Below the pieces are notes generated by a model, which was not told where the DNA came from, searched no databases, and saw only the letters and a list, made by a program, of their open reading frames with translations. This document shows, one piece after another, positions 1 through 11,775 of a DNA stretch of 64,000 bases. The position numbers and the translations under genes were made by a program. The stretch lies in assembly GCF_045037415.1 (NCBI RefSeq), contig NZ_CP173438.1. One strand, written 5' to 3'. This stretch comes from Escherichia coli. GTDB taxonomy: Bacteria; Pseudomonadota; Gammaproteobacteria; Enterobacterales; Enterobacteriaceae. The stretch's first letter is position 1; each line of letters opens with the position of its first letter.

Positions 1-3000
1 GTCTGGGAGATGCCCCAGACCGGTTTGAGCAGATTACGCCGGGCGAGGAAGTTATCCTGCTCAAAGCCCAGCGCGCTGGTAAAGACGACGGGCATCGGAA
101 CGGCTGGCACGTTTTGCCGTTGCGCCAGTTGACGCATCACGCGGATGGCTGACACATCGCGGTGGTTGAGGTTCTGGCTCAGCCGCTGCTGTAGTGACTG
201 CGCGCTGTGCAGCCAGCTTTCGCCGGGATGCCAGCTCAGCAGCATCAGCGAGGTGAAATCGCCCAGAATCTGGTTGATTTGCGGGTGCAGCGGTCGCCTG
301 TCGAAAAGCGTAAGGTTAAGCGTGAACTCAGGCTGTGCACTCCATGCAGAGAGAACCGTTGACCACACCGACAACAGTACGGCCGACGGGGTGAGATGGG
401 CGTCAGCCGCCCGTTTTTTCAGCCGATGCCAGCGCGTGCTGTCCAGTGCGCCGTTCAGGCGGGCGAAGCGCGGTGTTTCAACCTCCTGAGGCAAGCAGCG
501 CAGCGGCAACGCAGGCGCCGGAGGAATATCATCAAGCTGCGCCTGCCACCATGCCAGAGAATCTGGATTGGGCGACTGTAGCGAGGGTTGTTGCAGATAA
601 TCCCTGAAGGTGACGGGCAGCGGCGGAAGCAGCTGTTGCGGGTAGCGGTAGCCGTGCTCCAGCTCCGCCAACAGAATCTGCATGCTCAGCCCGTCAAGTA
701 ACAGGTTATCCAGACACAGCCACAGGCGGGCGGGCATCCCGTCAACGTAACCGACCTGGAGATCGAATACCGGCCAGACTTCGGGGTTGAGTACCTGATG
801 GGCCAGTTTTTCGCGCACCTGCAACGCCTCTTCAGGCGTATGGAGGATGTGTGCGGGTATTACCCAGCGAGGCGTCTGTTCGAGCACCTGTTGCTGTCCA
901 TCACGCACGACGGCGCGTAGCATATCGTGGCGGGCGATTAATCGGTTCCAGACCGTCTCCAACCGGGTGAGATCCAGATCGGCAATTTCAAATTCAACAA
1001 AGAAATGTGAGCCGACGCCGCCCAGGGCAAAGCCCGGCTGACGCCCCACTAGGTAAGCCTGCTGCACGTCGGTAAGCGCAAAGGGCTGGTAGCGATCTTC
1101 AGGGGAGTGGACGAATGGTTGTTCGACCGGGACGTCGGTTTTCCGCAGCGTGGCGGCAAAATCCGCCAGCCGGGGATGATTAAACAGGTCGCTTAATTGC
1201 GCTTCATAACCTGCCTGATGAAGTTGCCCGGTCAGACGGGTCGCCAGCAGGCTATCGCCGCCTTGCTGGAAGAAGTCGGTTTCTCTGGTGACATTGCCAG
1301 TTGATAAGAGTTGCTGCCAGAGGGCGGCAACCTGTTTTTCAATGTCGCCCTGGGGTAAATCCGCTTCGGCCGGGTTTTCCGCTTCAGGGGTATGACGACG
1401 CTTCAGCGCCTGGTAGTCAATTTTCCCGTTAGCCGTCAGCGGTAAGGCGTCGAGGAAGACGATCCGTTGCGGCACCATCCACCCCGGCAGACGCCCGGCG
1501 AGGGCGGCCTGAAGTTGACGGGGATCGCGGCGCACCTGCCTGTCAGGACATTGTACGAGGAAGCGTTGTAACCCCGCGACCTCATCGCCATGCTGACAGT
1601 TGAAGCCGGCCGCGCTAAATAATGCCGCCCAGTCGGCGCTGTTATGCAGCAAGGCCTCCGGCTGCCCATTGGTTAACAGGAGCGTGCTGAGTAGGGCGGA
1701 CGGCGTTAACTGGCGAAACTCCATCACGTAGAGCAGCGCGCCGGGAACGGCAAGCTGTTGTAATGTCGCAAGGAGCCCGGGATCTTCCGGCAGCAGACGA
1801 TGCAGGGCGTTATTAAGCCAGATAATGTCCGCCGAGTGAGCGTGCGCCGCCAGCGTGTCTGCATTCCAGAGGGACAGACGGGCGCCAGGCCAGGGGGCGA
1901 GCCTCTGCCGGGCGCTCAGCAGCATCTCCTGGCTCTGCTCAAGCCCGACATACTCAATCTGTCCGGCGTTGAGCTGTGCTAACAGCGATTCTGCGGCGCG
2001 GCCAGTGCGGGTTCCCACCTCAAGCAGGCGCACCGGGCGCTGTAAGCGCTGTGCAAGCTGTTGGCAAATTGTCGCCAGTTCCTGAATATACGGGGCGCTG
2101 GCCGGATGGTTAAAGGCCAGGCTTTCCGGCGACCACTGCGCGTCGTTCAGTAACGACAGTTCGTTACGGGCACCGCGAAGAATTTGCGATAACGTTAAAT
2201 CATGTCCGCTGAAGTGCGGGTGCTCATCCTCGCGTTCTTCACCAGCGCAGACCTGATAACCTTCAGCAGCGGGCTTCAGTCGCCGTTGTGTCACCAGAAA
2301 TGCTAACCAGCGTTCCACCACGGCCTGCCAGCGCGGCTGGATAGCGAGTGAGTTCATCAGGGGGAGAGGATCGGCGCCAGCGGTGTGACCCGGCTTCAGT
2401 TTTAGCAGGCGATGCTGAAGGAAATCGGCTACCTGTTCTGCGGAGATCTCTGGCGAGATGGCGCAACAGGGCAACGTTCCCGCAAGCGTGTGCCACGCCT
2501 GCGGCAGTGCCGGGTTCCGATGATCGGTAACGCAAAAAGCCTCGCCCTGAGGAACAACGTATGCCGCCAGCGTTTTTTCTTTTTCGCCGATCGCCAGAAC
2601 GGTTGCTTGTTTCACCCCCGCCAGCTGGCTGAGCGCGCTTTCGATTTCGCCCAGCTCGATGCGATATCCTCCGACTTTGACCTGCTTGTCGCGACGACCG
2701 AGGAACTCGATTGTGCCATCTGGCCAGTAGCAGCCGAGATCGCCGGTGCGATACCAGCGCTCGTCCGGGAGCGTCAAAAATTGCTGCTCGCTACGCAGGG
2801 GATCGTTGAAATAGCCTTCCGCGACCCCAATGCCGCCAATCCATAATTCACCCGGCACCCAGTCAGGGCAGTCCCGGCCCTGTTCATCCACCACCCGGTA
2901 GCGTTGGTTGGTTAGCGGAAAACCGTAAGGGATGGAGCGCCAGTGGGCGGGGACGTCGTGAATTTCGCAGGCGTTAGACCAGATAGACGCCTCGGTGGCA

Positions 3001-5567
3001 CCGCCCATCGCGATAAATTGTCCTTGTGGCCGGAAGGCCCGATAACGGGCGGGGAGGTCAAGCCCGATCCAGTCGCCGGAAAGCATCACTGCGCGCAGGT
3101 TTTCCGGCGTGGCGTCGGCGAAACCTTCACACCAGGTCAGCAGCATATCGAACAGCGCCGGGACGCTGTTCCAGAGCGTGACCTGATGGCGCTGGATCAG
3201 CTCACACCATGCGTGAGGATCGCGCCGTTGATTTTCCATCACCATCACCAGCGCGCCGCCCGCGCGCAGTACGCCAAAAATGTCGTAAACCGATAAATCA
3301 AAATGTAGGGCGGAGAGGGCCAGCACCCTGTCATGCGGGCCAACCTGATAGCGGGTATTGATATCGCAACAGGTGTTAAGCGCTCCCCGGTGAGAAATGA
3401 CTACCCCTTTCGGCGTACCGGTAGAGCCGGAGGTGTAGATAATGTAGGCCGGTTGCGTGGGGGCGCGTACTACCGGGTTGGCGATCGGCTCCGCCTCAAT
3501 GGCCTGCTGCCAGGCAAGGACGGGAATATCGTCTGACCCGGCGCTGGCGTCGTGCTGACAAATGAGCACCAGCCGGACGCTGGCGTCAGCGTAGATTTTC
3601 TCGCGCCGTGCGGCAGGCTGATCCAGCGAAACCGGAACGTAAACCGCCCCAGCCAGCAGGACGGCCAGAACCGCAACAAGTTGTCCTGCACCTTTCGACA
3701 TCGTGATAGCCACATTATCGCCGGGCTGAACCCCGCACTCGATTAACCTGCCCGCGCAACGGCGGGCATAGTCTGTCAGCTCATGATAATTCCACTGATA
3801 ACGCATGTCCGTTACCGCCAGCGCCTGCGGCTGTTGCAGAGCGATACGGAAAATGCCTTCATGCAGCAAGCCTTCGGGAATGGGGGCGCCGGTGGCGTTG
3901 ACCCGTTCGCGTATCGCGCGCTGGCTGGCGGGCATCATATCTGCGAACGGCTTTTGCCAGGCGCTTTCGTCATCGCAGAGTTGGTTAATCAACTGGCAGT
4001 AGGTATCGAACAATGTTTCGACTAACGCCGGAGGGAACAGCGCGTCGTTGCTGTCCCATTGTAGCCAGACCTCGCCGTGATGCTCGAACGCCAGATGATC
4101 TATCCAGACCTGCGGCGTTTGCGAGATGCCCCATTCCGGCTCGCCCAACGGCGATTCTGCGCGGCTGCTGTAGAGGGAACGCCCCAGATTGCTGGTAAAT
4201 ACCACCGGGGCGCCGTGGGGGTAGCGCTGCTGGCGTTTGAGTTCACGGAGTAATTCGACGCCGGACCAGTGGCGATGCTCCCAGTCCTCCGTAAACGTGA
4301 GCTGGTTTTTACGCGCCAGGTTGCTGACGGTATCGCCATCGCAGGCGGTATCCAGCAGAAGAATATTGGTGAAGTCGGCAAGCATCGCGCCAACCGCCGG
4401 GTGCAGCGGCTGGCGGTCGAATAAGGTGATGTTAAGCAGCAGACGCGTCAGGCCGCCCCAGCGAGCCAGCACGGCAGAAAAACAGGTCGCCAGTGCCATT
4501 GTCGGCGTCACGCCATACTCGCCGGCCCGGTTGCTAAAGGCGTGCCAGCGTGTTGCCGGGACAATCATGCGGCGTCGGGTATTACGGACTTCACGTAGCG
4601 TGGCGGGTTCGCAGGCCAGCGGCAAGACGGGCGCGGGGGGAAGCGTCGATGCTTTCGCCAGCCAGTAAGCGCGCGCGTCGTCTCTCAGTGGTTGATTGAT
4701 CTTCTGCTGGTGCAGCAAATACGAGCGGAAATCATAGCGGGTGTCGATAGCCGGCAGCGATTCTCCGGCCAGCAGGGCGTTAAGCTCATCGAAGAAAAGC
4801 GTAAAGCTGGAGGCATCCATAATCAGCAGGTCAATATTGACATGGAGGCGGTGGCGATTGTCCGGCAAGAGCGTCAGCTGAAAATCAAACGTTTCGCCGA
4901 TTTCCACGCGTAAAAGACGGTGGCTCAGGCGCTGGCGCAGTGCGTCCAGATAGGCCTGGCGGCTTTCAGCGTCGTTATGGCGTAAATCATGAACGGTGAC
5001 GCCGTTCCAGTAAGGTTGCGGTAGCCAGACCTGCTGCCCGTCGGGGCGAAAGGCGATATGCAGCATTGGGTGGCGTTGCAGCAAGGTCGTGATGGCCTGC
5101 TCCAGCTGCGACGCCGTCAGACAATGGCCTTCAAACTCCTGATACAGGTGGCAACCCACGCCGCCAAGCGTCTGCCCCGGCATGCGGCCCGTCAGGTAGG
5201 CGTGCTGTACTGGCGTCAATGGGAAGGGGGTACTTTCGGTCATGTTCGGCCAGGATGATTCGTCGGGCGGCGTTTCTTCTTCCGCGTTCTCCGGCGACCG
5301 GCTGAGCATTAACTGGTTCCATGCCGCCAGCGTGGGGGCGGCATACAGCTCGCGAAGGGTAAGGCGGTAGCCATTTTTACGAAACCAGTGTAACCATCTC
5401 ATCAATCTTATGGAATCCAGGCCGGCCTGGATCAGGTTGCTCTCTTCATGTAACTGCTGCGGCGTTAAATTCAGTTCCTGTATGAGCCGCTCGCGTAATT
5501 GTTGGTAATCAGCCGCGTGGCGGTTGTCCGGTAACAGCGAATCCTGAGATGGTGCGCCAGAAATCAT
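1..5567 (-). CDS. irp2: Yersiniabactin nonribosomal peptide synthetase HMWP2, N-terminal part; gene continues beyond window start
   Basis: Minus-strand frame open from window edge to ATG at 5567-5565 with GGAGG upstream; N-terminus [17 protein letters not shown]; very GC-rich; carrier-protein and cyclization/adenylation-type motifs recognised by recall; missing from ORF track because no stop lies in the window; synteny with ybtA/ybtPQXS. Confidence 0.85.
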   Translation of the reverse strand, partial: MISGAPSQDSLLPDNRHAADYQQLRERLIQELNLTPQQLHEESNLIQAGLDSIRLMRWLHWFRKNGYRLTLRELYAAPTLAAWNQLMLSRSPENAEEETPPDESSWPNMTESTPFPLTPVQHAYLTGRMPGQTLGGVGCHLYQEFEGHCLTASQLEQAITTLLQRHPMLHIAFRPDGQQVWLPQPYWNGVTVHDLRHNDAESRQAYLDALRQRLSHRLLRVEIGETFDFQLTLLPDNRHRLHVNIDLLIMDASSFTLFFDELNALLAGESLPAIDTRYDFRSYLLHQQKINQPLRDDARAYWLAKASTLPPAPVLPLACEPATLREVRNTRRRMIVPATRWHAFSNRAGEYGVTPTMALATCFSAVLARWGGLTRLLLNITLFDRQPLHPAVGAMLADFTNILLLDTACDGDTVSNLARKNQLTFTEDWEHRHWSGVELLRELKRQQRYPHGAPVVFTSNLGRSLYSSRAESPLGEPEWGISQTPQVWIDHLAFEHHGEVWLQWDSNDALFPPALVETLFDTYCQLINQLCDDESAWQKPFADMMPASQRAIRERVNATGAPIPEGLLHEGIFRIALQQPQALAVTDMRYQWNYHELTDYARRCAGRLIECGVQPGDNVAITMSKGAGQLVAVLAVLLAGAVYVPVSLDQPAARREKIYADASVRLVLICQHDASAGSDDIPVLAWQQAIEAEPIANPVVRAPTQPAYIIYTSGSTGTPKGVVISHRGALNTCCDINTRYQVGPHDRVLALSALHFDLSVYDIFGVLRAGGALVMVMENQRRDPHAWCELIQRHQVTLWNSVPALFDMLLTWCEGFADATPENLRAVMLSGDWIGLDLPARYRAFRPQGQFIAMGGATEASIWSNACEIHDVPAHWRSIPYGFPLTNQRYRVVDEQGRDCPDWVPGELWIGGIGVAEGYFNDPLRSEQQFLTLPDERWYRTGDLGCYWPDGTIEFLGRRDKQVKVGGYRIELGEIESALSQLAGVKQATVLAIGEKEKTLAAYVVPQGEAFCVTDHRNPALPQAWHTLAGTLPCCAISPEISAEQVADFLQHRLLKLKPGHTAGADPLPLMNSLAIQPRWQAVVERWLAFLVTQRRLKPAAEGYQVCAGEEREDEHPHFSGHDLTLSQILRGARNELSLLNDAQWSPESLAFNHPASAPYIQELATICQQLAQRLQRPVRLLEVGTRTGRAAESLLAQLNAGQIEYVGLEQSQEMLLSARQRLAPWPGARLSLWNADTLAAHAHSADIIWLNNALHRLLPEDPGLLATLQQLAVPGALLYVMEFRQLTPSALLSTLLLTNGQPEALLHNSADWAALFSAAGFNCQHGDEVAGLQRFLVQCPDRQVRRDPRQLQAALAGRLPGWMVPQRIVFLDALPLTANGKIDYQALKRRHTPEAENPAEADLPQGDIEKQVAALWQQLLSTGNVTRETDFFQQGGDSLLATRLTGQLHQAGYEAQLSDLFNHPRLADFAATLRKTDVPVEQPFVHSPEDRYQPFALTDVQQAYLVGRQPGFALGGVGSHFFVEFEIADLDLTRLETVWNRLIARHDMLRAVVRDGQQQVLEQTPRWVIPAHILHTPEEALQVREKLAHQVLNPEVWPVFDLQVGYVDGMPARLWLCLDNLLLDGLSMQILLAELEHGYRYPQQLLPPLPVTFRDYLQQPSLQSPNPDSLAWWQAQLDDIPPAPALPLRCLPQEVETPRFARLNGALDSTRWHRLKKRAADAHLTPSAVLLSVWSTVLSAWSAQPEFTLNLTLFDRRPLHPQINQILGDFTSLMLLSWHPGESWLHSAQSLQQRLSQNLNHRDVSAIRVMRQLAQRQNVPAVPMPVVFTSALGFEQDNFLARRNLLKPVWGISQ

Positions 5568-5611
5568 TCTTCCTCCTGATGGCACGTCTTACCGAAAAGC
5601 ATTACTCATAT

Positions 5612-5630
5612 GAGAATAATAATTATTAAC
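5612..5630. promoter_or_regulatory. Fur-box-like site in irp2 promoter region (GAGAATAATAATTATTAAC)
   Basis: AT-rich 19-mer resembling Fur consensus GATAATGATAATCATTATC, about 45 bp upstream of irp2 ATG; iron regulation of yersiniabactin genes is established. Confidence 0.5.
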
Positions 5631-5695
5631 AATTGGATGCTACCCGAAACGGGTTTATTTATGCCCGTTTCGGGTTGGTAACAGGCGGAAAGAAC

Positions 5696-5727
5696 AGAGG
5701 CCCTGATGGGGTATCCGGGCCTCTGTC
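5696..5727 (-). terminator. Hairpin downstream of ybtA stop (CAGAGGCCC...GGGCCTCTG), putative terminator
   Basis: 9-bp inverted repeat 30-60 nt past the ybtA stop codon; no strong U-run, so weak. Confidence 0.35.
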
Positions 5728-5757
5728 AGGGAGGAGTTTAGGGGGGCGCGACCCCGG

Positions 5758-6717
5758 TTACATCCCGCGTTTAAAGGTCGAAGGAGTTACGCCAAACTGT
5801 TTCTGGAAGGCGGCAGAGAAATGGCTGGCGTTGGCATAGCCCAGATCGGCCGCCACCGTCATGACGGAGGTATTGCCGTTGGCCAGGCGTCTTCTGGCTT
5901 CCTGCATTCGTTCAGCCTGAAACAGGCCATAGACGCTGTTGTTGAACAGAACGCGGAAGCCTCGCTTAATTTTGAGAACGCTCAGACCGGACTCTCTGGC
6001 CAGCTCCGCGACGCCCGGCGCTTGCGTCAGATCAGCCAGCAGCAGATCCTTCGCCCGCAGCAGTTTCTGGCGTTCCATCGGGGTGAAGTGGCAGGAGAGG
6101 CAACTGGCGTCTTCGCGATGTTCATCCAGCACCAGACTGAGCATGACCAGACTTTGCCCCTGCAACCATAGCGTCGACGGCTTTTGTTCATGACTGAAGC
6201 CGCTGTGCATGCGCATCAGCGCGTGACGCAAGGCCTGAGCCGTTAAGTGGGTTTCAGCATTACAACGGTGCTGCTGGCAACAGCAGTGGGAGTCGATCTT
6301 ATTCTTAATGACCGCGCTAATATCCGGCACCCACAGCGCGAGGGTTTCAGGGCTGAAGGAGAGGGTAATGCTCTCGAATCGGCCACAATAGGAGGCGCTG
6401 CCGCGACAGTCTGGCGTATGGGTAATGTAATGGCGATTGCGCGCAAGCTCCCAGTCGGTGTGACGCCGGAGTCCCTGAATCGCAAAGCGCGATGTGCCTT
6501 CCAGGATGCACGAGAAGTTAATCCTGCCCAGATCGTCGTGTAGCTGCAACGTCTCAGGCCGCGCAAAATGGCCCCTCCAGAGCAAAATATCCATACCTTC
6601 CTGCAACGAACAGCGCAGCAGTTCACACTGAGCAGGAATATTGCCATCGTTTGCAGGTTTCCCGACCACCAACTGGTGAATAGAGATTTCAGATTGCGTT
6701 TGCGGTGACTCCGTCAT
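5758..6717 (-). CDS. ybtA: AraC-family transcriptional activator of yersiniabactin genes
   Basis: 319-aa ORF; C-terminal AraC-type HTH region; position between irp2 and divergent ybtP as in the HPI. Confidence 0.9.
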   Translation of the reverse strand: MTESPQTQSEISIHQLVVGKPANDGNIPAQCELLRCSLQEGMDILLWRGHFARPETLQLHDDLGRINFSCILEGTSRFAIQGLRRHTDWELARNRHYITHTPDCRGSASYCGRFESITLSFSPETLALWVPDISAVIKNKIDSHCCCQQHRCNAETHLTAQALRHALMRMHSGFSHEQKPSTLWLQGQSLVMLSLVLDEHREDASCLSCHFTPMERQKLLRAKDLLLADLTQAPGVAELARESGLSVLKIKRGFRVLFNNSVYGLFQAERMQEARRRLANGNTSVMTVAADLGYANASHFSAAFQKQFGVTPSTFKRGM

Positions 6718-6786
6718 GACCTGGTTATCTCCCTGTGGCTTAGACCAATGCGGGTATAAATAGAACCGAATGGGGTAGATGAGTTA

Positions 6787-6807
6787 TTGATAATGGTTAT
6801 TATTCAC
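6787..6807. promoter_or_regulatory. Fur-box-like site in ybtA/ybtP divergent promoter region (TTGATAATGGTTATTATTCAC)
   Basis: Match to Fur consensus in the 166-bp intergenic region between divergent ybtA and ybtP. Confidence 0.5.
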
Positions 6808-6883
6808 ATTAATTCTCAGAACGCCACCCTGAATTGTCGTTTTTGGCGTCCGTAAAAATTCATCAGGAAATTCAGTTACTCCC

Positions 6884-8686
6884 ATGTCATCTCAATCATC
6901 CAATACTGAATCGCTGTCCCGATTTCCTCTTTGGCAGGTGATTACACCGGTTCGCAGGAAGGTTATTTTAGCTATGGCGCTGGCGGGGCTGGCGGCATTA
7001 ACCAGCCTGGGGGCGCTCCTTTTTCTGGCGTGGAGCCTGCGTGACATTCGCGCGACGCCTGACGCTATTCCGGCCTGGCCGCTGGGCGGCGTGATCGGCT
7101 GCGTGGTCTTAACTTTTGTTCTGCGCTTACAGGCGTTCAACACCTCTCATTACGCGGCTTTTCATCTGGAGAACATTCTGCGCAGCAGGTTAGCCCGTAA
7201 AGCATTGCAGCTTCCGCCTGGCGTGTTACAGCAAATGGGCAGCGGGTCAGTGGCGAAAGTGATGCTGGATGACGTGAAGTCGTTACATATTTTTGTGGCC
7301 GACAGCACGCCGCTCTATGCCCGCGCGATCATCATGCCGCTGGCGACAATCGTTATCTTGTTCTGGCTGGACTGGCGGCTGGCAATCGCGACGCTGGGGG
7401 TACTGGCGTTTGGATCGGTTGTTCTCGTGCTCGCCCGCCAGCGTTCGGAAGATATGGCTCAGCGTTATCATAAGGCGCGCGAGCAGGTTAGCGCGGCGGT
7501 TATTGAGTTCGTGCAGGCCATGCCCGTGGTGAGAACGTTTGATAGCGGCAGCACCAGTTTTTTGCGCTATCAACGCGCCCTTGAAGAGTGGGTCGATGTG
7601 CTCAAAACCTGGTATCGCAAAGCCGGTTTTTCAGCGCGTTTTTCCTTCTCGATTCTGAATCCTCTCCCGACCCTGTTTGTCCTGATCTGGTCGGGATACG
7701 GCCTGTTGCACTATGGCAGTTTCGATTTTATCGCGTGGGTGGCCGTTTTACTGCTGGGCAGCGGAATGGCCGAAGCCGTAATGCCAATGATGATGCTCAA
7801 TAACCTGGTCGCGCAAACGCGTTTAAGCATTCAGCGTATTTATCAGGTTCTCGCGATGCCGGAGTTATCGCTGCCGCAGTCTGACCAGCAGCCGCAAGAG
7901 GCGAGCATTACCTTTGAGCAGGTGAGCTTTCATTATCCGCAAGCGCGTACTGGCGCCGCGTTGCAGGAGGTGAGCTTTCATGTGCCTGCCGGGCAAATTG
8001 TGGCGCTGGTCGGGCCAAGCGGCGCCGGAAAAAGCACCGTGGTGCGCTTGCTGCTGCGTTACGCCGACCCGGACAAAGGCCATATCCGTATTGGCGGCGT
8101 GGATCTGCGTGATATGCAGACGGACACCCTGATGAAGCAACTCTCGTTTGTGTTTCAGGACAACTTCCTTTTTGCCGACACGATAGCCAATAACATTCGT
8201 CTGGGCGCGCCGGATACGCCGCTGGAGGCGGTTATAGCGGCGGCCAGAGTGGCGCAGGCCCATGATTTTATTAGCGCTCTGCCAGAAGGTTACAACACTC
8301 GAGTCGGGGAACGTGGGGTATTTCTCTCCGGCGGCCAGCGGCAGCGCATTACTATCGCCCGGGCGCTTTTGCAGGATCGCCCCATCCTGGTGCTCGATGA
8401 GGCGACGGCGTTTGCTGACCCGGAAAACGAAGCGGCGCTTATCAAGGCGCTCGCGGCGGCCATGCGTGGCCGGACGGTCATCATGGTCGCGCATCGTCTC
8501 TCAATGGTGACTCAGGCCGATGTGATATTGCTGTTTTCCGACGGACAGCTCAGGGAAATGGGGAACCATACGCAACTGTTGGCGCAGGGCGGCCTGTATC
8601 AACGGCTCTGGCAACACTATCAGCAGGCGCAGCATTGGGTGCCGGGTGGAACACAGGAAGAGGTGATGGAAAATGAAAGACAATAA
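6884..8686 (+). CDS. ybtP: ABC transporter permease/ATPase fusion (yersiniabactin transport)
   Basis: 600-aa ORF; N-terminal transmembrane region then Walker A GPSGAGKST, ABC signature LSGGQRQR, Walker B ILVLDEAT. Confidence 0.9.
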   Translation: MSSQSSNTESLSRFPLWQVITPVRRKVILAMALAGLAALTSLGALLFLAWSLRDIRATPDAIPAWPLGGVIGCVVLTFVLRLQAFNTSHYAAFHLENILRSRLARKALQLPPGVLQQMGSGSVAKVMLDDVKSLHIFVADSTPLYARAIIMPLATIVILFWLDWRLAIATLGVLAFGSVVLVLARQRSEDMAQRYHKAREQVSAAVIEFVQAMPVVRTFDSGSTSFLRYQRALEEWVDVLKTWYRKAGFSARFSFSILNPLPTLFVLIWSGYGLLHYGSFDFIAWVAVLLLGSGMAEAVMPMMMLNNLVAQTRLSIQRIYQVLAMPELSLPQSDQQPQEASITFEQVSFHYPQARTGAALQEVSFHVPAGQIVALVGPSGAGKSTVVRLLLRYADPDKGHIRIGGVDLRDMQTDTLMKQLSFVFQDNFLFADTIANNIRLGAPDTPLEAVIAAARVAQAHDFISALPEGYNTRVGERGVFLSGGQRQRITIARALLQDRPILVLDEATAFADPENEAALIKALAAAMRGRTVIMVAHRLSMVTQADVILLFSDGQLREMGNHTQLLAQGGLYQRLWQHYQQAQHWVPGGTQEEVMENERQ

Positions 8687-10475
8687 TCCTGCGGATAACC
8701 TGGCCTGGCGCGTCATCTGGCGCCAGCTTATCTCCAGCGTTGGCAGTCAGGCCAGGATGCTGCGACGCAGTATGCTGGCGCTGTTGCTGGCGGCATTCAT
8801 GCAGGGGATCGCCTTTGCCTGTCTTTATCCGATCATTGATGCGCTGTTACGGGGAGACGCGCCGCAACTTCTTAACTGGGCTATGGCCTTCAGCGTCGCC
8901 GCAATTGTGACGCTGGTGCTACGCTGGTATGGCCTGGGCTTTGAATACCGTGGTCATCTGGCGCAGGCTACCCATGAGTTGCGCCTGCGACTTGGCGAGC
9001 AGTTACGCCGCGTGCCGCTGGAGAAGCTCCAGCGCGGCAGGGCGGGTGAAATGAACGCCTTGCTGCTGGGCAGCGTGGATGAAAACCTCAATTATGTTAT
9101 TGCGATAGCCAATATTTTGCTGCTCACCATTGTCACGCCGCTGACGGCGTCGCTGGCGACATTGTGGATAGACTGGCGGCTGGGGCTGGTGATGTTGCTG
9201 ATCTTCCCTCTGCTGGTGCCGTTTTATTACTGGCGCCGCCCGGCGATGCGGCGACAAATGCAGACGCTGGGGGAAGCGCACCAGCGTCTGAGCGGCGATA
9301 TCGTTGAATTTGCTCAGGGGATGATGGTATTGCGCACCTGCGGCAGCGATGCCGATAAAAGCCGGGCGCTGCTGGCGCATTTCAATGCGCTGGAAAACTT
9401 ACAGACCCGCACTCACCGTCAGGGCGCTGGCGCGACGATGCTGATCGCCAGCGTCGTGGAGTTGGGCCTACAGGTGGTGGTGTTATCCGGGATCGTCTGG
9501 GTAGTGACGGGCACTCTGAACCTCGCCTTTTTGATTGCCGCCGTCGCGATGATTATGCGCTTCGCAGAACCGATGGCGATGTTTATCAGCTACACCTCGG
9601 TTGTGGAACTGATCGCCAGCGCCCTGCAAAGGATTGAGCAGTTTATGGCGATAGCACCGCTTCCCGTCGCAGAGCAAAGCGAGATGCCGGAACGTTACGA
9701 TATCCGCTTTGACAACGTCAGCTATCGCTACGAAGAAGGTGACGGCCACGCGCTTAATCATGTTTCTTTGACGTTCCCGGCAGCCAGTATGAGCGCGCTG
9801 GTGGGTGCCTCCGGCGCAGGCAAAACTACCGTCACCAAACTGTTAATGCGCTATGCCGATCCGCAGCAAGGGCAGATTTCTATTGGCGGCGTCGATATTC
9901 GCCGCCTGACGCCGGAACAGCTCAATAGCCTGATTTCTGTTGTTTTCCAGGATGTCTGGCTGTTTGATGACACGCTGCTGGCGAATATCCGTATCGCGCG
10001 CCCACAGGCGACGCGGCAGGAGGTAGAAGAGGCCGCCCGCGCGGCGCAGTGCCTTGAGTTTATTTCCCGTCTTCCGCAAGGCTGGCTGACGCCAATGGGA
10101 GAGATGGGCGGCCAGCTATCGGGCGGCGAGCGCCAGCGGATTTCCATTGCCAGAGCGTTATTGAAAAACGCGCCGGTCGTTATTCTCGATGAACCGACTG
10201 CCGCGCTGGATATTGAAAGCGAGCTGGCGGTGCAAAAAGCGATCGATAACCTGGTTTACAACCGGACGGTGATTATCATCGCTCACCGTTTATCCACCAT
10301 CGCCGGGGCCGGAAACATTCTGGTGATGGAAGAGGGACAGGTGGTTGAGCAGGGTACTCATGCGCAATTGCTCTCACATCATGGACGTTATCAGGCGCTG
10401 TGGCAGGCGCAAATGGCCGCGCGCGTGTGGCGCGACGACGGGGTTTCCGCGTCTGGAGAGTGGGGGCATGAGTGA
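8673..10475 (+). CDS. ybtQ: ABC transporter permease/ATPase fusion (yersiniabactin transport)
   Basis: 600-aa ORF overlapping ybtP end; Walker A GASGAGKTT, signature LSGGERQR, Walker B VILDEPT. Confidence 0.9.
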   Translation: MKDNNPADNLAWRVIWRQLISSVGSQARMLRRSMLALLLAAFMQGIAFACLYPIIDALLRGDAPQLLNWAMAFSVAAIVTLVLRWYGLGFEYRGHLAQATHELRLRLGEQLRRVPLEKLQRGRAGEMNALLLGSVDENLNYVIAIANILLLTIVTPLTASLATLWIDWRLGLVMLLIFPLLVPFYYWRRPAMRRQMQTLGEAHQRLSGDIVEFAQGMMVLRTCGSDADKSRALLAHFNALENLQTRTHRQGAGATMLIASVVELGLQVVVLSGIVWVVTGTLNLAFLIAAVAMIMRFAEPMAMFISYTSVVELIASALQRIEQFMAIAPLPVAEQSEMPERYDIRFDNVSYRYEEGDGHALNHVSLTFPAASMSALVGASGAGKTTVTKLLMRYADPQQGQISIGGVDIRRLTPEQLNSLISVVFQDVWLFDDTLLANIRIARPQATRQEVEEAARAAQCLEFISRLPQGWLTPMGEMGGQLSGGERQRISIARALLKNAPVVILDEPTAALDIESELAVQKAIDNLVYNRTVIIIAHRLSTIAGAGNILVMEEGQVVEQGTHAQLLSHHGRYQALWQAQMAARVWRDDGVSASGEWGHE

Positions 10476-11748
10476 TGTTCAGTCGAATGTGAAACCGCTG
10501 ACGTTGACGACCGGGCGGGTGATTTTTGCTATTGCCGGCGTCTATGTGACGCAGAGTCTGGTATCGGCGCTGTCTATGCAGTCCTTACCCGCGCTGGTGC
10601 GCGCTGCTGGCGGTTCGCTGGCGCTTGCCGGTGCGACAACCCTGTTTATGCTGCCCTGGGCGCTGAAGTTTATTTGGGCGCCGTGGATCGAGCGCTGGCG
10701 GCTTCCGCCCGGTAGCCAGGAACGCCGTTCCCGCATGTTAATCCTGCGTGGTCAGGTCGCGCTAGCGGCGATCCTGACTATTGCCGCAGCGATTGGCTGG
10801 TTTGGGCGAGAAGGGGGATTCCCCGATACGCAAATCGTCGCGTTATTTGTTCTGTTTATGGTGGCAGGCACGGTCGCCTCCACCATTGATATCGCCAGCG
10901 ACGGCTTTTGTGTCGATCAACTGACCCGCACGGGTTACGGCTGGGGAAACAGCGTGCAGGTCGGCGGCAGCTATCTGGGAATGATGTGCGGCGGCGGGGT
11001 GTTCATGATGCTGTCGGCGGCATCCGGCTGGCCTGTCGCCATGCTGATGATGGCGGTGCTGATTATGGCGCTGTCACTCCCGCTGTGGCGCATTACGGAG
11101 CCGACGCGAACAGCGACTATCCCGCATGTTCCGGCGTTAGGTTATGCGCTAAGGAGGAAGCAGGCGCGCCTGGGCTTACTGCTGGTATTGATGCTGAATT
11201 CAGGCATGCGGTTTGTGCTGCCTCTTCTGGCACCGCTGTTGTTGGATCATGGGTTGAGCATGTCCGCATTGGGCGCGCTGTTCAGCGGCGGCAATATTGC
11301 AGCGGGCATAGCAGGAACGCTGGCCGGCGGATTGCTGATGAAATACACCTCACCCGGCAGAGCGCTGTTGACGGCTTATGGCGTCCAGGGGATCGCGCTG
11401 CTGGCGGTGGTGATGACGCTCATGATGGCGCCGGGTCATCTGCTGCTGCAGATTCTCCAGTGTCTGGTCATTGTCCAGTCCATTTCGCTGGCCTGCGCGC
11501 TGGTCTGTCTTTACGCCACGCTGATGTCGCTTTCATCGCCTTTGCAGGCCGGTGTCGACTTCACCCTCTTTCAATGTACTGATGCGGCAATCGCCATTCT
11601 GGCAGGCGTTATCGGTGGCGTTGTTGCTCAACATTTTGGCTATGCGGCCTGCTTCCTGTTTGCCGGGGCATTCACGTTGCTGGCGGCGTGGGTTGCTTAT
11701 ATCCGGCTGCATTCGGCAAGAGAACTGATGACAAGCGCAATTGATTGA
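10468..11748 (+). CDS. ybtX: MFS-type membrane protein of the yersiniabactin locus
   Basis: Polytopic hydrophobic protein; start chosen at ATG 10468 (MSDVQSNVK), which overlaps the ybtQ stop and gives 426 aa; the track ORF starting at 10345 is an upstream extension. Confidence 0.8.
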   Translation: MSDVQSNVKPLTLTTGRVIFAIAGVYVTQSLVSALSMQSLPALVRAAGGSLALAGATTLFMLPWALKFIWAPWIERWRLPPGSQERRSRMLILRGQVALAAILTIAAAIGWFGREGGFPDTQIVALFVLFMVAGTVASTIDIASDGFCVDQLTRTGYGWGNSVQVGGSYLGMMCGGGVFMMLSAASGWPVAMLMMAVLIMALSLPLWRITEPTRTATIPHVPALGYALRRKQARLGLLLVLMLNSGMRFVLPLLAPLLLDHGLSMSALGALFSGGNIAAGIAGTLAGGLLMKYTSPGRALLTAYGVQGIALLAVVMTLMMAPGHLLLQILQCLVIVQSISLACALVCLYATLMSLSSPLQAGVDFTLFQCTDAAIAILAGVIGGVVAQHFGYAACFLFAGAFTLLAAWVAYIRLHSARELMTSAID

Positions 11749-11775
11749 TCCGCGAATAACACAGAGAGGTAAGGG

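Noticed and set aside
145-5322. Numerous 60-140-aa ORFs on the plus strand and in other frames inside the first 5.5 kb
   Set aside because: They lie antisense to or out of frame within the long, GC-rich irp2 coding sequence; high GC suppresses stop codons, so these are shadow ORFs.
10345-10467. Upstream start for ybtX giving 467 aa
   Set aside because: It overlaps the last 130 bp of ybtQ in another frame; ATG 10468 overlaps the ybtQ stop in the usual coupled arrangement.
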